Notes under the pieces: generated by a model
Databases searched by the model: none
What the model saw: the letters and a program-made list of their open reading frames with translations, nothing else
Told to the model about the DNA's origin: nothing
Shown: in pieces, positions 23,107 through 32,691 of the stretch
How the letters are laid out: every line of letters starts with the position of its first letter
Numbering within the stretch: the first letter of the stretch is position 1
Assembly (NCBI GenBank): GCA_035516255.1
Contig: DATJAL010000027.1
Coordinates: 65,312 to 129,311 of the forward strand
DNA length: 64,000 nucleotides
From: Chitinivibrionales bacterium
GTDB taxonomy: Bacteria > Fibrobacterota > Chitinivibrionia > Chitinivibrionales > FEN-1185
Direction: 5' to 3'
Position numbers and translations under genes: made by a program

Positions 23107-26025
23107 TTACTTCGACGTCAGCCGGTTCACGCCCTCCCAACCGGGGCCGGGCGGGTTTTCCCTGTACTTGACGCAGTTCCTGATGAGCTCCCTGCTCGGC
23201 GTGGTCTTTGCAAACGCCCGGTACGGCTCGAGTTTTTCCGATTCGTTAAGCACCTCAACGGCCTTGTCCCATTCCTGTTTGCAATAGTGCGCCATGCCCT
23301 TTGAATATAGGTCCCGCATCTGCGCGGTTCCGGTGGAAAGCTTCCCCTTTTCGGCCATGAGCTCGTAGATGGTCACCGGCTCGGATTTTCCCACCACGGT
23401 GATTTTGTCGAGCTGCCGCACCTCGAAATCGTTTTTCACCAGGTCGCAGGTGAAGTTGCTGATCATGGTGAACACGCCGTACTGCTTTGCGGCGCTCTCC
23501 AGCCGCGCCGCGAGGTTCACGGGGTCGCCCATCATGGTGTAGTTCATGCGCGTCTTGGAGCCCATGTTGCCGGTGACGATGCGCCCGGTGTTGATGCCGA
23601 TGCGCATGCGCATTTCGTGCACGATGGCGGGCCACTTGTCGCCCTCCGCCGTCCATTTCTTCCGCAGCTCTGCCAGCCGGCGCTGCATGTCGAGCGCGGT
23701 GAGGCACGCCTGCTTGGCGTGGTCGTCCATGGGCATGGGCGCGCCGAAGCACGCGATGATCGCGTCGCCCTCGTATTTGTCAAGCATGCCGTCGCGCTTC
23801 AGCAGGATGTCGGTCATCTCCGAAAGGTATTCGTTGAGCAGCTCCACGAGGCGCGTCGGGGAACCAAGCTTCTCGGAGAACGTCGAGAACCCCTGGATGT
23901 CGGTGAAATACGCGGTGCGGACATGCTCGTCGCCGCCGAGCATGGGCAGCTGCCGTGAGGCGTACATCCGGTCGATGAGCTCGGGCGACAGGTACTGTTT
24001 GAAGGTGCTCTGCAGGAACTTGCGGTCCTTCTCCTCGGTGATGTAGCGGTAGGCCATCACGGCAGTGAACGTGAGCAGGATGGCGAGCACGGGGCGCGCG
24101 ATCTCGATCCACAGATGGCTGCCGCCGAAAATGGTCATCGCGACGGCAAAGTACCCGATCACCGCGGCCACGCTCAAAATCGCGCCGACAAGCGGCTTGA
24201 GGAAAAACGACATGAACCCGATGATGATGGCCACCATGAGCAGGATGATGAAGTCCTGCCACGGCGCAAGCCGCGTGACAAAGGTGTTGGTCAAAAAGGA
24301 ATTGAGGAGCGACGCGTGCACCTCCACGCCCGGGTACCGGTTGTCGATGGGCGCTGGCACGATGTCGAAAAGGCCCTGCACCGAGGCGCCCACGAGGAAA
24401 ATCCTGCCTTCCAGATTGCCATGCACGCGGTCCTTTAAGACTTCATAAAAGCTTTTATATTGAAAGGTCTTTGTCTTGGGTCCGAAATAAGTGACAATGT
24501 GGCGGTTGTCTTTGGTGAGCGGTATCCTCACCGGTTTGCCGAAGTCCATGCGCGTGCCGGGGGCCAGTTTTTCGATTGGCGCCCAGCCCGTAGTGCACAA
24601 ATCCTTGAGCACCGACGCGTTCATGATTGGCAGCGAGGATGCGAGAGTGCCGTCATGGTTCGTCACGTAAAAATCGTAAAACAGAAGTCTTTTTTCACCG
24701 GGACGGACCTTGTCAAAATCGGAACGGCTGAGCCGGCCCAGCGTCTCGAGGTCCACTGCCGACAAATCCCATTCGCCGTCGCCCTCGGGCGCGGTGAGCG
24801 CCCACTGGTCCGAAGAGGACCGCTTGACAACCATGGAAGGCCCGAGGAAAAGCGAATCACCTTTTCTCAACGCCGCCATCCTGCCGGTGCCTGAGTCGAG
24901 GAGCGCGCGGGAGACCGACGGCGGGAACAGCCCGCACGACATCTCGACGAACGCGGCGCCGTTCTTGTCCCTGCCGACCCTGAGCAGCGACGCGACCTCC
25001 ACCGTGGCACGAGGCCTGCAGCCCATGATTGCTTCCCTTTTGTCAATTATCGCTTCCACCATGGGGGCGGTGAGGTTGGGGTAGGAGAACCTGAGCGTGC
25101 CGCTTGAGTCTTTGAAGGCCTTGAGGGGCCTGCCGATGTCGAGATAGCGTCCCGGCTCGAACACGATCTCGCCGTTGGGCGTGCCGAACAGGGTCGCGGC
25201 CGCGCGCACGCTGATGGGCAGGTACACGGGCGTATGGTCGCCGAAGCCGTACAGAAGCGGGATCTCGCGGACAACGCCGTCCGAGTTGGGCGGCATATTG
25301 ACAAACCCGATGTCCCGCGCGGCCCGGGCGAGTTCCGGGAATATGCCGTCGATGACCGGCTTTTTATCGAAAAGTTGCTTCCGCTTGAGCGGCGGCAGAA
25401 TAAGGGCCGACGACGGATGGAGCGAATCGTGCCATTCCATGGTCATTTTCGATTCGATCGTGGATTGCGCCCAGCCCGGATAGTCGCGTTTCTCTTCCAT
25501 CTCAACGGCATGAAAAACGTTCCCCGCCTGACCGGTGGCGGCGATGAACCGCCGGTCGTAATCGATGGACGACAAAAGCGGCCCGTATACCGGCGCGGGC
25601 ACGGTAAACCCCGGCGTCCTGCTTTTGCATGTGTCAATAAGGCGCTCGAACCGCGAGACGTAATTTTTATCGTCGGGATCAAAGAACATGATGTCGAACA
25701 GGACCGCCGCGGGGTCGTGTTTCGCAAGCGTCCTGAGCATCTGGGCATGGTACGAGCGGTCCCAGTTCCAATACTTGCCGAGCTTGTGCTGGCTCATCTC
25801 GTCGATGTCGATGATGTAAATGCCGTTGTCGTTTTCCTCCTCCATGCCGTCCGCCCTGGCCGGCGCGTTATCTTCGTATAACATATGATAGCGCAGGTAA
25901 TAGGTCTGGTCTTCAAGCACGTCGATGACCCGTTTTAAAAAAAAGAGGTTGAATAAAAGGGCGACAGCGATCCCCATGGCCGATCCGATGAGCAGGCTCT
26001 TCCCGATTCTCCTGAGCAATTTCAT
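23107..26025 (-). CDS. CHASE2-sensor class III adenylate/guanylate cyclase with C-terminal TPR-like tail
   Basis: 972 aa. N-terminal TM, a large periplasmic region, then a cluster of 3-4 TM helices (CHASE2 layout). Cyclase core FTDIQGFSTFSEKL...DKYEGDAIIACFGAP...RIGINTGRIVTGNMGS..RMNYTMMGDPVNLAARLES. Confidence 0.9.
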   Translation of the reverse strand: MKLLRRIGKSLLIGSAMGIAVALLFNLFFLKRVIDVLEDQTYYLRYHMLYEDNAPARADGMEEENDNGIYIIDIDEMSQHKLGKYWNWDRSYHAQMLRTLAKHDPAAVLFDIMFFDPDDKNYVSRFERLIDTCKSRTPGFTVPAPVYGPLLSSIDYDRRFIAATGQAGNVFHAVEMEEKRDYPGWAQSTIESKMTMEWHDSLHPSSALILPPLKRKQLFDKKPVIDGIFPELARAARDIGFVNMPPNSDGVVREIPLLYGFGDHTPVYLPISVRAAATLFGTPNGEIVFEPGRYLDIGRPLKAFKDSSGTLRFSYPNLTAPMVEAIIDKREAIMGCRPRATVEVASLLRVGRDKNGAAFVEMSCGLFPPSVSRALLDSGTGRMAALRKGDSLFLGPSMVVKRSSSDQWALTAPEGDGEWDLSAVDLETLGRLSRSDFDKVRPGEKRLLFYDFYVTNHDGTLASSLPIMNASVLKDLCTTGWAPIEKLAPGTRMDFGKPVRIPLTKDNRHIVTYFGPKTKTFQYKSFYEVLKDRVHGNLEGRIFLVGASVQGLFDIVPAPIDNRYPGVEVHASLLNSFLTNTFVTRLAPWQDFIILLMVAIIIGFMSFFLKPLVGAILSVAAVIGYFAVAMTIFGGSHLWIEIARPVLAILLTFTAVMAYRYITEEKDRKFLQSTFKQYLSPELIDRMYASRQLPMLGGDEHVRTAYFTDIQGFSTFSEKLGSPTRLVELLNEYLSEMTDILLKRDGMLDKYEGDAIIACFGAPMPMDDHAKQACLTALDMQRRLAELRKKWTAEGDKWPAIVHEMRMRIGINTGRIVTGNMGSKTRMNYTMMGDPVNLAARLESAAKQYGVFTMISNFTCDLVKNDFEVRQLDKITVVGKSEPVTIYELMAEKGKLSTGTAQMRDLYSKGMAHYCKQEWDKAVEVLNESEKLEPYRAFAKTTPSRELIRNCVKYRENPPGPGWEGVNRLTSK

Positions 26026-26068
26026 TGCCCGGCTCCTATTAAGCAGGGGTTTGCTAAATATAAGGTTT

Positions 26069-26202
26069 GGGCGTTCCCCCGCTGCGCGGGGTCGGCCGTC
26101 CTTCCGGTCTCGTGCTTCACACTCGGGCTGCCACCGCCCTTATATGCCTTGCGTCTCGATACGCCGCTTAAAAGCGGCCACTCGGCAACTGCACCCTACA
26201 GG
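26069..26202 (+). repeat. Core intergenic repeat element (forward, diverged 3' half)
   Basis: GGGCGTTCC, hairpin CCCCGC-tgc-GCGGGG (26077-26091), TCGGCCGTCCTTCCGGTCTCG..CTCGGGCTGCCACCG. Sits in the divergent region between the cyclase and DUF89 genes. Confidence 0.65.
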
Positions 26203-26507
26203 CTATAATACTTGTCTTTATCTACAGAATAATGGCTTACGCTGCCACTCCTGCATCGCCAGCCACTAATTCTTTCCGCGAATCACTAAAGTACCGGCGC
26301 CAAGAGGGGTGTGCCCCCGGATCACCGCCGCATCCTCCAAGAGGTTTTTATTATTGACATATGGGATGCGGCGGAAGCAGGGGGCCAGGTGGAGGCCCCA
26401 CCAACATTATCATAATCATATAACCATTATATAGAGATTGACCGTAAATTACAAGCATCATCATTTTAACGGCTTATCAATACTTGTCTTTCATTTATTT
26501 TACTATT

Positions 26508-27431
26508 ATGAAATTCGTCCCCGAATGCCTCGCCTGTTTCGTGGATGACATAACGGGAGCGCTTGACATGCTCCACGCGCCGGCCGCCGGAGGCGCGGCC
26601 GTGCTCAGCGAGTCGCTTGCCTACCTTTCCGGCCATATCGCCGACGGGATGCCCCCCTCGTATTATATCACCGAGCTCCACCGTATCCTCAAGCGCCGCC
26701 TCGGCGTCAAGATGCCCTTTGCAAGGCTGCGCGCCGCGTGCCTGAAGGCGGGAATGGCAATCGCCCGCAGGGTCGAAAAGAGGGCCTCGGCGCTGAGCGG
26801 CGAGCGCAGGTTCAGGTATCTTGTACGGTGGGCGATTGCGGCAAACAGCCTTGACTTCCGCACCGCGGGCGCGGGCTACGGCCTCACCGCCGCGCGGGCC
26901 GAAAAAACCATTGCCGGGTATTTTCGCAAAGGGCTCGACGTCGACCATTGCCGCCGCATCCACGCGGCGGCGTGGCGGGCCAAATCGATCGTTTACATAC
27001 CGGACAACGTGGGCGAGCTCCCCTTTGACAAGCTTCTGGTCGGCCTTCTTTCGTCGTACGGCGCCGATGTCACCGTGCCGCTGCGCGGCGGGCCCATCAC
27101 CAGCGATGCGGTGATGGCCGACGCAAGGGCCGCCGGGATGCAGCACGCGGCTTCGCGGCTCATTGGTGCCGGCCCCGACACGCTCGGAATTTCTTTTAGG
27201 GAAATGAGCCGCGCGCTGTCGGCCGCGCTGTCCCGCGCCGACCTGGTGATCGCAAAAGGCCAGGCCAATTACTACGTGCTTTCGGAATTCGGCCGCCGGT
27301 ACCCGCGTGCGACCATCGCCTGCCTGTTCACCGCGAAATGCGGACCGGTGTGGGAAAAATTCGGCTGCAGCGGCAAGGCGTCCATTGCCGCGATCATACA
27401 GAACGTAAAAACCGGAGGCAACCCCAAATGA
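26508..27431 (+). CDS. DUF89/ARMT1-like damage-control phosphatase family protein
   Basis: The track start is TTG 26484. ATG 26508 gives MKFVPECLACFVDD, a typical DUF89 N-terminus. Also IPDNVGELPFDKLLVGLL and LVIAKGQANYYVLSEF. The stop overlaps the next start (ATGA at 27428-27431). Confidence 0.8.
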   Translation: MKFVPECLACFVDDITGALDMLHAPAAGGAAVLSESLAYLSGHIADGMPPSYYITELHRILKRRLGVKMPFARLRAACLKAGMAIARRVEKRASALSGERRFRYLVRWAIAANSLDFRTAGAGYGLTAARAEKTIAGYFRKGLDVDHCRRIHAAAWRAKSIVYIPDNVGELPFDKLLVGLLSSYGADVTVPLRGGPITSDAVMADARAAGMQHAASRLIGAGPDTLGISFREMSRALSAALSRADLVIAKGQANYYVLSEFGRRYPRATIACLFTAKCGPVWEKFGCSGKASIAAIIQNVKTGGNPK

Positions 27432-28045
27432 AACCGTTCAACCTCGCCATCGCGCTTACCCTGTCGCGCATCGTCATAGCGCCGTTTTTCGCGTTCTTCT
27501 TCATCCGGAGTTTTCACGCCGCCTCGCCCGTGGTCGGCCTGTGGATCTCCGCCGGCCTTGCGGCGCTCATCGAGCTTTCCGACGCTTTTGACGGACGCAT
27601 GGCGCGGGCGCGCAACCAGGTCTCCGATTTCGGCAAGCTCCTCGACCCCATGGCCGACAGCCTTTCGCGCCAGACCATTTTCCTATCGTTCATGGTGTGC
27701 GCCGACCGCATCATCCCGCTGTGGATGTTCCTGCTTTTTTTATACCGCGACGCCGTGCTTTCCATTCTGCGCATGATGTGCGCATACCACGGCAAGGTGC
27801 TTGCGGCGCGGCAGATGGGAAAGCTCAAGGCCGTGGTGCAGGCCGTGGGCGCGTTCACGGTCCTGGCCCTGTGCCTCGGCGCAGCATATCACGTGCCGTG
27901 GATCCCGCTCGTGGTTTGGGGCAGGCACCCGGGGTTCTGGGTCATGTGCGTTCCCGCTGCGGTGACGGTTTTTTCCATTTACGATTACATCGCCTCGAAC
28001 TGGGATGTGGTGAAGGTCATGGCCGTTTCGCAATTTTTCAAGTAG
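27428..28045 (+). CDS. CDP-alcohol phosphatidyltransferase (PgsA-like)
   Basis: Internal ATG of track ORF 27338..28045. MKPFNLAIALTLSRIVIAPFF..., with signature DAFDGRMARARNQVSDFGKLLDPMAD (DX2DGX2ARX8GX3DX3D). Confidence 0.85.
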   Translation: MKPFNLAIALTLSRIVIAPFFAFFFIRSFHAASPVVGLWISAGLAALIELSDAFDGRMARARNQVSDFGKLLDPMADSLSRQTIFLSFMVCADRIIPLWMFLLFLYRDAVLSILRMMCAYHGKVLAARQMGKLKAVVQAVGAFTVLALCLGAAYHVPWIPLVVWGRHPGFWVMCVPAAVTVFSIYDYIASNWDVVKVMAVSQFFK

Positions 28046-28058
28046 AAAGCAGCAGCGC

Positions 28059-28745
28059 ATGTCAAAACCGGCGGTTCTCGTGGCGCCGTCCATTCTTTCG
28101 GCGGATTTTAGGGTGTTGGAAAAGGAAGTGAAGCAGGCCGAGGCCTGCGGCGCGGACCGCATCCACTGCGATGTGATGGACGGCCACTTTGTGCCCAACC
28201 TCACGTTCGGCCCGCTTCTGGTGGAGGCCGTGAAGAAATGCGTTTCGATACCGCTCGACGTGCACCTCATGATTTCGAACCCTCAAAAGTATATAACGCA
28301 GTACTGCGACGCGGGCGCGAATGTTCTTATCGTGCACGCCGAGGTGTGCGAAAGCGATCTGGAGCAGGTGCTTTCCGACATCCGCAAGCGCAACGTGCGC
28401 GCCGGCGCGTCCATCAATCCCGACAAAGGCGTTGACCTGCTTCTTCCCCATCTCGCCGCAATGGACCAGGCGCTCATCATGACGGTGTATGCCGGGTTCG
28501 GCGGCCAGAAATTCATTCCCGAAATGCTGCCCAAAATAAAAACGCTGGCCGGCGAGGCTTCACGCCGTAACCCCAAACTCGACATCGAAGTGGACGGCGG
28601 CATCAACCGCGAAACCGCGGCGCTGTGCGCACGCGAGGGCGCGAATGTTTTTGTGGCGGGCAATTATGTGTTCAAGGCGGAGGATTATAAAGAACGGATT
28701 TCGGCGATACGCAACGCGGCGGAGGAAGCCAGGAAAAAAGGTTGA
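28059..28745 (+). CDS. rpe: Ribulose-phosphate 3-epimerase
   Basis: 228 aa. VAPSILSADF, RIHCDVMDGHFVPNLTFGP, LDVHLMISNP, MTVYAGFGGQKFI. Confidence 0.93.
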   Translation: MSKPAVLVAPSILSADFRVLEKEVKQAEACGADRIHCDVMDGHFVPNLTFGPLLVEAVKKCVSIPLDVHLMISNPQKYITQYCDAGANVLIVHAEVCESDLEQVLSDIRKRNVRAGASINPDKGVDLLLPHLAAMDQALIMTVYAGFGGQKFIPEMLPKIKTLAGEASRRNPKLDIEVDGGINRETAALCAREGANVFVAGNYVFKAEDYKERISAIRNAAEEARKKG

Positions 28746-28782
28746 CGGGTTGAGAGGTTGTTGAAGCGAAGTGAGAATAATT

Positions 28783-28842
28783 GTCACTCCCGCGAAAGCG
28801 GGAGTCCAGTCCACATGGATTCCCGCTTTCGCGGGAATGACC
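28783..28842. repeat. Pair of inverted small palindromic repeats (GTCAyTCCCGCGAAAGCGGGArTCC type)
   Basis: Hairpin ACTCCCGC-gaaa-GCGGGAGT (28786-28805) and inverted copy ATTCCCGC-tttc-GCGGGAAT (28819-28838). Further copies at 53966-53990 and 60625-50, with a degenerate one at 54058-54077. Translating it gives the IPAFAGMT-type peptide at the false 28771 start. Confidence 0.75.
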
Positions 28843-28896
28843 CCGATGTCATCCTTGCCAGGCCTGTCGAAGGGTTTCTATTTGGATAGATCGTAT

Positions 28897-29967
28897 ATGA
28901 AAAGGACCCACTCATCTGTTCGTCCCTGCGTGATTCTAGAAGCCGTCTTTTCAAGCATTGCCTGTTTATTCATTTCCGGATGCGCCACCTACCCCTTCGA
29001 CACTTCCGGCCGCGACCTGCCCGAGTTCGAAAGCGTGTGGCAGTACCTTTCGGCGTACAGCCTGTGGCAGGACAAGGTGCCAAGCGAAAAGACCGCGCTC
29101 GATTCCTTTCAGATCCCCGAGGCCCTGCTCGCGAGCGTCGACGACACGCTCCACGGCGTCAATTACACCACCTACGACTCCACGCAGCTTCCGGCGGGCG
29201 CCGCGCTGTCATCGGCCGCGGCCGTGCTCGATACCCACACCGTGTATTATGATGCTCTCACCGATTCAACCGCGGTGCTGACGATCACCGAATTCAAGCA
29301 ATACGTCACCTATTCGGAATTTCTCACCACGCTTCCCCTCCTTGCCGGGCGACCCAACATCATCATCGACCTGCGCAACAACGGCGGCGGCGACATCAAT
29401 ACGGTCGATTCGATCATGGAATATTTCCTTCCTGTCAATACGCCCTACATCCAGGCGACGTACCGCACATACGACGAGTCGGCGCGCACCGCCGCGACCG
29501 TGCCGTGGGTGAACTGGAAAACGCTCCTCGCGCATTCGCCCACGCTCGCCGGCAAGCGCCTGGCCGTGCTCATGAACGGCTTTTCCGCCAGCGCCTCGGA
29601 GATCCTCATCGCGGGCCTCAAGGACGGCCGCGCCGCGGCCGGCGGCGACACGGCCGCGCTCGTGGGCGAGACCACCTACGGCAAGGGCATCGGCCAGATC
29701 ATCATCTCGCGCACATATCTTGGCAAAAGAGACCTCAAGATCACCTTTCTGCGCCTCATGGGGATAAGCTCCCGCATCGGCGATTACCACCGCAAGGGCA
29801 TTGTTCCCGACGCGGCGGTGACCGGCCCCGTGGCGCAGCTGTCAACCGCGCTGCATATTCTTGAGCCGTCCGCGCCGCTGCTAAAGTCTACGGTTACACC
29901 TTTATTGGGCAAAGCTATTGCAGAGGGGTATATCCGCATGCCTGCAGTTCCCGTTCTTGAAAAGTAA
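28897..29967 (+). CDS. S41-family (tail-specific/C-terminal processing type) serine peptidase lipoprotein
   Basis: Internal ATG of track ORF 28771..29967 gives MKRTHSSVRPCVILEAVFSSIACLFISGC (lipobox). IIIDLRNNGGGDI, LMNGFSASASEILIAGLKD, GETTYGKGIGQ. Confidence 0.85.
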   Translation: MKRTHSSVRPCVILEAVFSSIACLFISGCATYPFDTSGRDLPEFESVWQYLSAYSLWQDKVPSEKTALDSFQIPEALLASVDDTLHGVNYTTYDSTQLPAGAALSSAAAVLDTHTVYYDALTDSTAVLTITEFKQYVTYSEFLTTLPLLAGRPNIIIDLRNNGGGDINTVDSIMEYFLPVNTPYIQATYRTYDESARTAATVPWVNWKTLLAHSPTLAGKRLAVLMNGFSASASEILIAGLKDGRAAAGGDTAALVGETTYGKGIGQIIISRTYLGKRDLKITFLRLMGISSRIGDYHRKGIVPDAAVTGPVAQLSTALHILEPSAPLLKSTVTPLLGKAIAEGYIRMPAVPVLEK

Positions 29968-29991
29968 AGAGATGAATCTACGTTGTGGTCT

Positions 29992-30030
29992 GGGCGTTTC
30001 CCCGCTTCGCGGGGTCGGCGCCGACATCGG
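29992..30030 (+). repeat. 5' fragment of the core repeat element
   Basis: GGGCGTTTC plus hairpin CCCCGC-ttc-GCGGGG (30000-30014) plus TCGGCGCCGACATCGG, 25 nt after the S41 stop. The rest of the element is absent. Confidence 0.6.
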
Positions 30031-30075
30031 CAAATAATCAACCGACAGAATAATTTCTTTTATCTTGATTGCGTT

Positions 30076-30167
30076 AACCTCACCCCCTTCTCCCACAGGG
30101 CGAGGGGGATAAGAATTTTTTCCCCTCTCCTTACGGGAGAGGGGTGGCCGAAGGCCGGGGTGAGGTT
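30076..30167. repeat. GGGGTGAGG-type palindromic repeat
   Basis: AACCTCACCCCC...CCCCTCTCCttacGGGAGAGGGGtggccgaaggccGGGGTGAGGTT. Related copies at 36313-36362 and 48602-48639. Confidence 0.65.
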
Positions 30168-30293
30168 TCTCGCTTGCACTTTCCTTTTTTATTCGAAAAA
30201 TAATTCTATAAGCATCCATCCTTACTACATGGAAATCAGGTATCATTTATATTATTCATAATAAAATTTACCCTTTAATAAAACATTCCAGGA

Positions 30294-31325
30294 ATGATCG
30301 TGCACAGACCGTTACTCCCGAAATTTCATCCGTCATTATCATTCCTTTTTCTTTTCATCATTCTCGCCGTCACCTCATTTGCCTCCCAAACCGGGCACCC
30401 GCTCAATCCCGACATGCTCGGCAACAAAAGCTTCACCGAATATTACACCCTCACCGCCATGCACGGCGACCGTTTGTTTGTCCAGGTGCAATTGACTTTT
30501 ACCAATCTGGGCGTGGAAAACAACAACGCCGCGTGCAAGGCGCTCGTGCTCAAGCCGGGGGCGACCTCCTGGAAGGTTAACGAGAAATTCAGCCGGAAGG
30601 AATGGAACTACTCTGAGCAGGGCGCCTCCACGCTGTCGGTGGGGACCAACACGCTGAGCGTTTGCGGCGGAAACACGTGCCTTTTTGCGAAACTGGGCAA
30701 GGGCACGGTGAAGATCAAACTGCACGGCGTTCCCGCGGCCATGAAAACACCCAACCTCGATTTCCCGAAAAACGAATCGGGAAAATTCTATGATTATGAA
30801 ATCCTGGTTCCGTGGACCTCGCTGGAGACCTCGCTCGACGTTCCCGGATTTCCCAAACAGGACCTGAACGGATTCGGCATGCTGGAAGTGGCGAAATCGG
30901 TGGGCACCTCCCGGGACGTCTGCCGCGGATGGGTGACCTTCAGGGGATTTGAAGGCGACAGCTTTTTTCTCGCGGATTTCAGGCTGCCGCCGGAGGAAAA
31001 ACTGCCGGCCGCGGGATGGATCTGGAAAAACGGCCAGGAGAAGCCCCTTGCCATGACCGGCCTTCATATCAGGAAGGAATGGCTGTCGGTTGACGGAAAG
31101 CAAGTCGAGGGCCGCGTCATTTCGGCGCTCGACAATTCATTCATCATCACCGGACGCGACCTGCTGTACCGGTACTCGTTCGTGGACGAACTCGGCGCCT
31201 TTACCGGCTACCTGGTCAAGGTGGTGATCGGGAAACCCATCACCCGTTATTACGACGCCGAGGTCAGGTTCGCCGGCGAAGCGCGGCCGCTGCACGGCGT
31301 CTTGGAGCTGATGAGCATTGAATAA
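30294..31325 (+). CDS. Hypothetical secreted protein
   Basis: 343 aa with a signal-like LSFLFLFIILAVTSFASQ. No family recognised by eye. The stop overlaps the start of the downstream phosphatase gene by 8 nt. Confidence 0.6.
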   Translation: MIVHRPLLPKFHPSLSFLFLFIILAVTSFASQTGHPLNPDMLGNKSFTEYYTLTAMHGDRLFVQVQLTFTNLGVENNNAACKALVLKPGATSWKVNEKFSRKEWNYSEQGASTLSVGTNTLSVCGGNTCLFAKLGKGTVKIKLHGVPAAMKTPNLDFPKNESGKFYDYEILVPWTSLETSLDVPGFPKQDLNGFGMLEVAKSVGTSRDVCRGWVTFRGFEGDSFFLADFRLPPEEKLPAAGWIWKNGQEKPLAMTGLHIRKEWLSVDGKQVEGRVISALDNSFIITGRDLLYRYSFVDELGAFTGYLVKVVIGKPITRYYDAEVRFAGEARPLHGVLELMSIE

Positions 31326-32691
31326 GAAACCGCACACGCGCCAGTCATGGAGCACCGCCGCGGAGAGCGGCGCGGCCGACGCGCGGGAACTGCGGCGGCG
31401 TCTTGACGCATGCGAACATTCGCTGTCGCTCATCGCCCGGGAGCGCGACCTCCTCAAGGTGCTGCTCGACAAGATCCCGGACAACATCTACGTCAAGGAC
31501 GCGGACGGCCGCTACATCGTCGACAACGCGGCGCACCGGAAATTCATCGGCGAGAGCGATGAGCGCAATGTGATCGGCAAAACGGTGTACGACTTTTTCC
31601 CGCCCGACCTGGCCGGCCGGTACCACGACGACGACCGGAACATCATCAGGTCCGGCACGCCCATCCTCGACCGCGAGGAGCCCATCATGGGCATCGCGGG
31701 AAAGGAGCAGTGGGTCGCCACGTCAAAGGTGCCCGAATTCGACGACGGCGGCAGTGTCTCGCGGCTCATCTGCGTGAGCCGGAACATCACCGAGCGCAAA
31801 CAATATCAGGACGCGCTGCAAAAGGCGAAAAACGACCTTGAGCGGCGTGTTGAGGAGCGCACGGCGGAGCTGAAGACCGCCAACGATCAGCTGCACGCGC
31901 AGATGGCGATGCTCCAACAGAAGGCCCGTCTCGACATCGAACTCGAGGCGGCGCGCGCCATCCAGCACCGGCTGACGCCGTCATTCAGGCCGAACATCCC
32001 CCGCGTGAGCCTCAAGGGAGTGTATTATCCGGCGTACGAGGTGGGCGGCGATTACCTCGATTATTTCCAGAACGACGCCGGCAACTGGGTTGTCGCGATC
32101 GCCGACGTGTGCGGCAAGGGGATCCCGGCCGCGCTACTCATGACGATGCTGCGGTCGATGTTCCGCGCCGAAGGAAGGCGCGAAACGTCGGCACGCAGCC
32201 TGCTGTGCTCCGTGAACGACAGCATGGCGGCGAACATCGACCACCGCTCGTTCATCACGGCCCTGTGCCTCATCATCAGCGGCGACGGCGCGTCCATGAC
32301 GTATGCGCGGGCCGGCCACCCGCCGCTCATAAAGCTTGACAAATACAACGGCGGGCCGCGGATCATGGCGACCGGCGGCATGGCGCTCGGCCTGGTTTCC
32401 GACGGCGCCTCGTTTCGCGCCGAGCTCGGGGAATCGACCATTCCGCTGGAAGCGGGCGACAGCTTTTTCATGTACACCGACGGCCTCATCGACGCCGAAG
32501 GCGTTCACGGCGACACCTATGGTTCGGAGCGCCTCGAAAAACTTCTCGCGAGGCTTCCGCACGCCGACACCGCCGACGCGCTTGTCGCCGGGATCATGGA
32601 CGACGTCCGGCAGTTCACGGGCGGCCGCCCCTTTCGCGACGACATGACCATCTGCGGCCTGCAGGTCATTGGGGATGGACGAACGCCATAG
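31318..32691 (+). CDS. PAS-domain PP2C/SpoIIE-family serine phosphatase (RsbU-like)
   Basis: The start codon is TTG (31318), and there is no in-frame ATG before the PAS domain. PAS: IPDNIYVKDADGRYIVDNAAH...ICVSRNITERK. A coiled coil follows. Phosphatase: YYPAYEVGGDYLDYF..VVAIADVCGKGIPAALLM...FFMYTDGLIDA. Confidence 0.85.
   Translation: MNKKPHTRQSWSTAAESGAADARELRRRLDACEHSLSLIARERDLLKVLLDKIPDNIYVKDADGRYIVDNAAHRKFIGESDERNVIGKTVYDFFPPDLAGRYHDDDRNIIRSGTPILDREEPIMGIAGKEQWVATSKVPEFDDGGSVSRLICVSRNITERKQYQDALQKAKNDLERRVEERTAELKTANDQLHAQMAMLQQKARLDIELEAARAIQHRLTPSFRPNIPRVSLKGVYYPAYEVGGDYLDYFQNDAGNWVVAIADVCGKGIPAALLMTMLRSMFRAEGRRETSARSLLCSVNDSMAANIDHRSFITALCLIISGDGASMTYARAGHPPLIKLDKYNGGPRIMATGGMALGLVSDGASFRAELGESTIPLEAGDSFFMYTDGLIDAEGVHGDTYGSERLEKLLARLPHADTADALVAGIMDDVRQFTGGRPFRDDMTICGLQVIGDGRTP

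Noticed and set aside
28771-28896. GTG start extending the S41 peptidase by 42 codons. Similar cases are 12167 for the lipoprotein, 32991 for DUF218, 26484 for DUF89, 51287 and 53938 for the GH95-like genes, and 45416 for the peptidase.
   Set aside because: The extensions run through repeat elements or lack an RBS. Internal ATGs give proper signal peptides or lipoboxes and have Shine-Dalgarno sequences at correct spacing.
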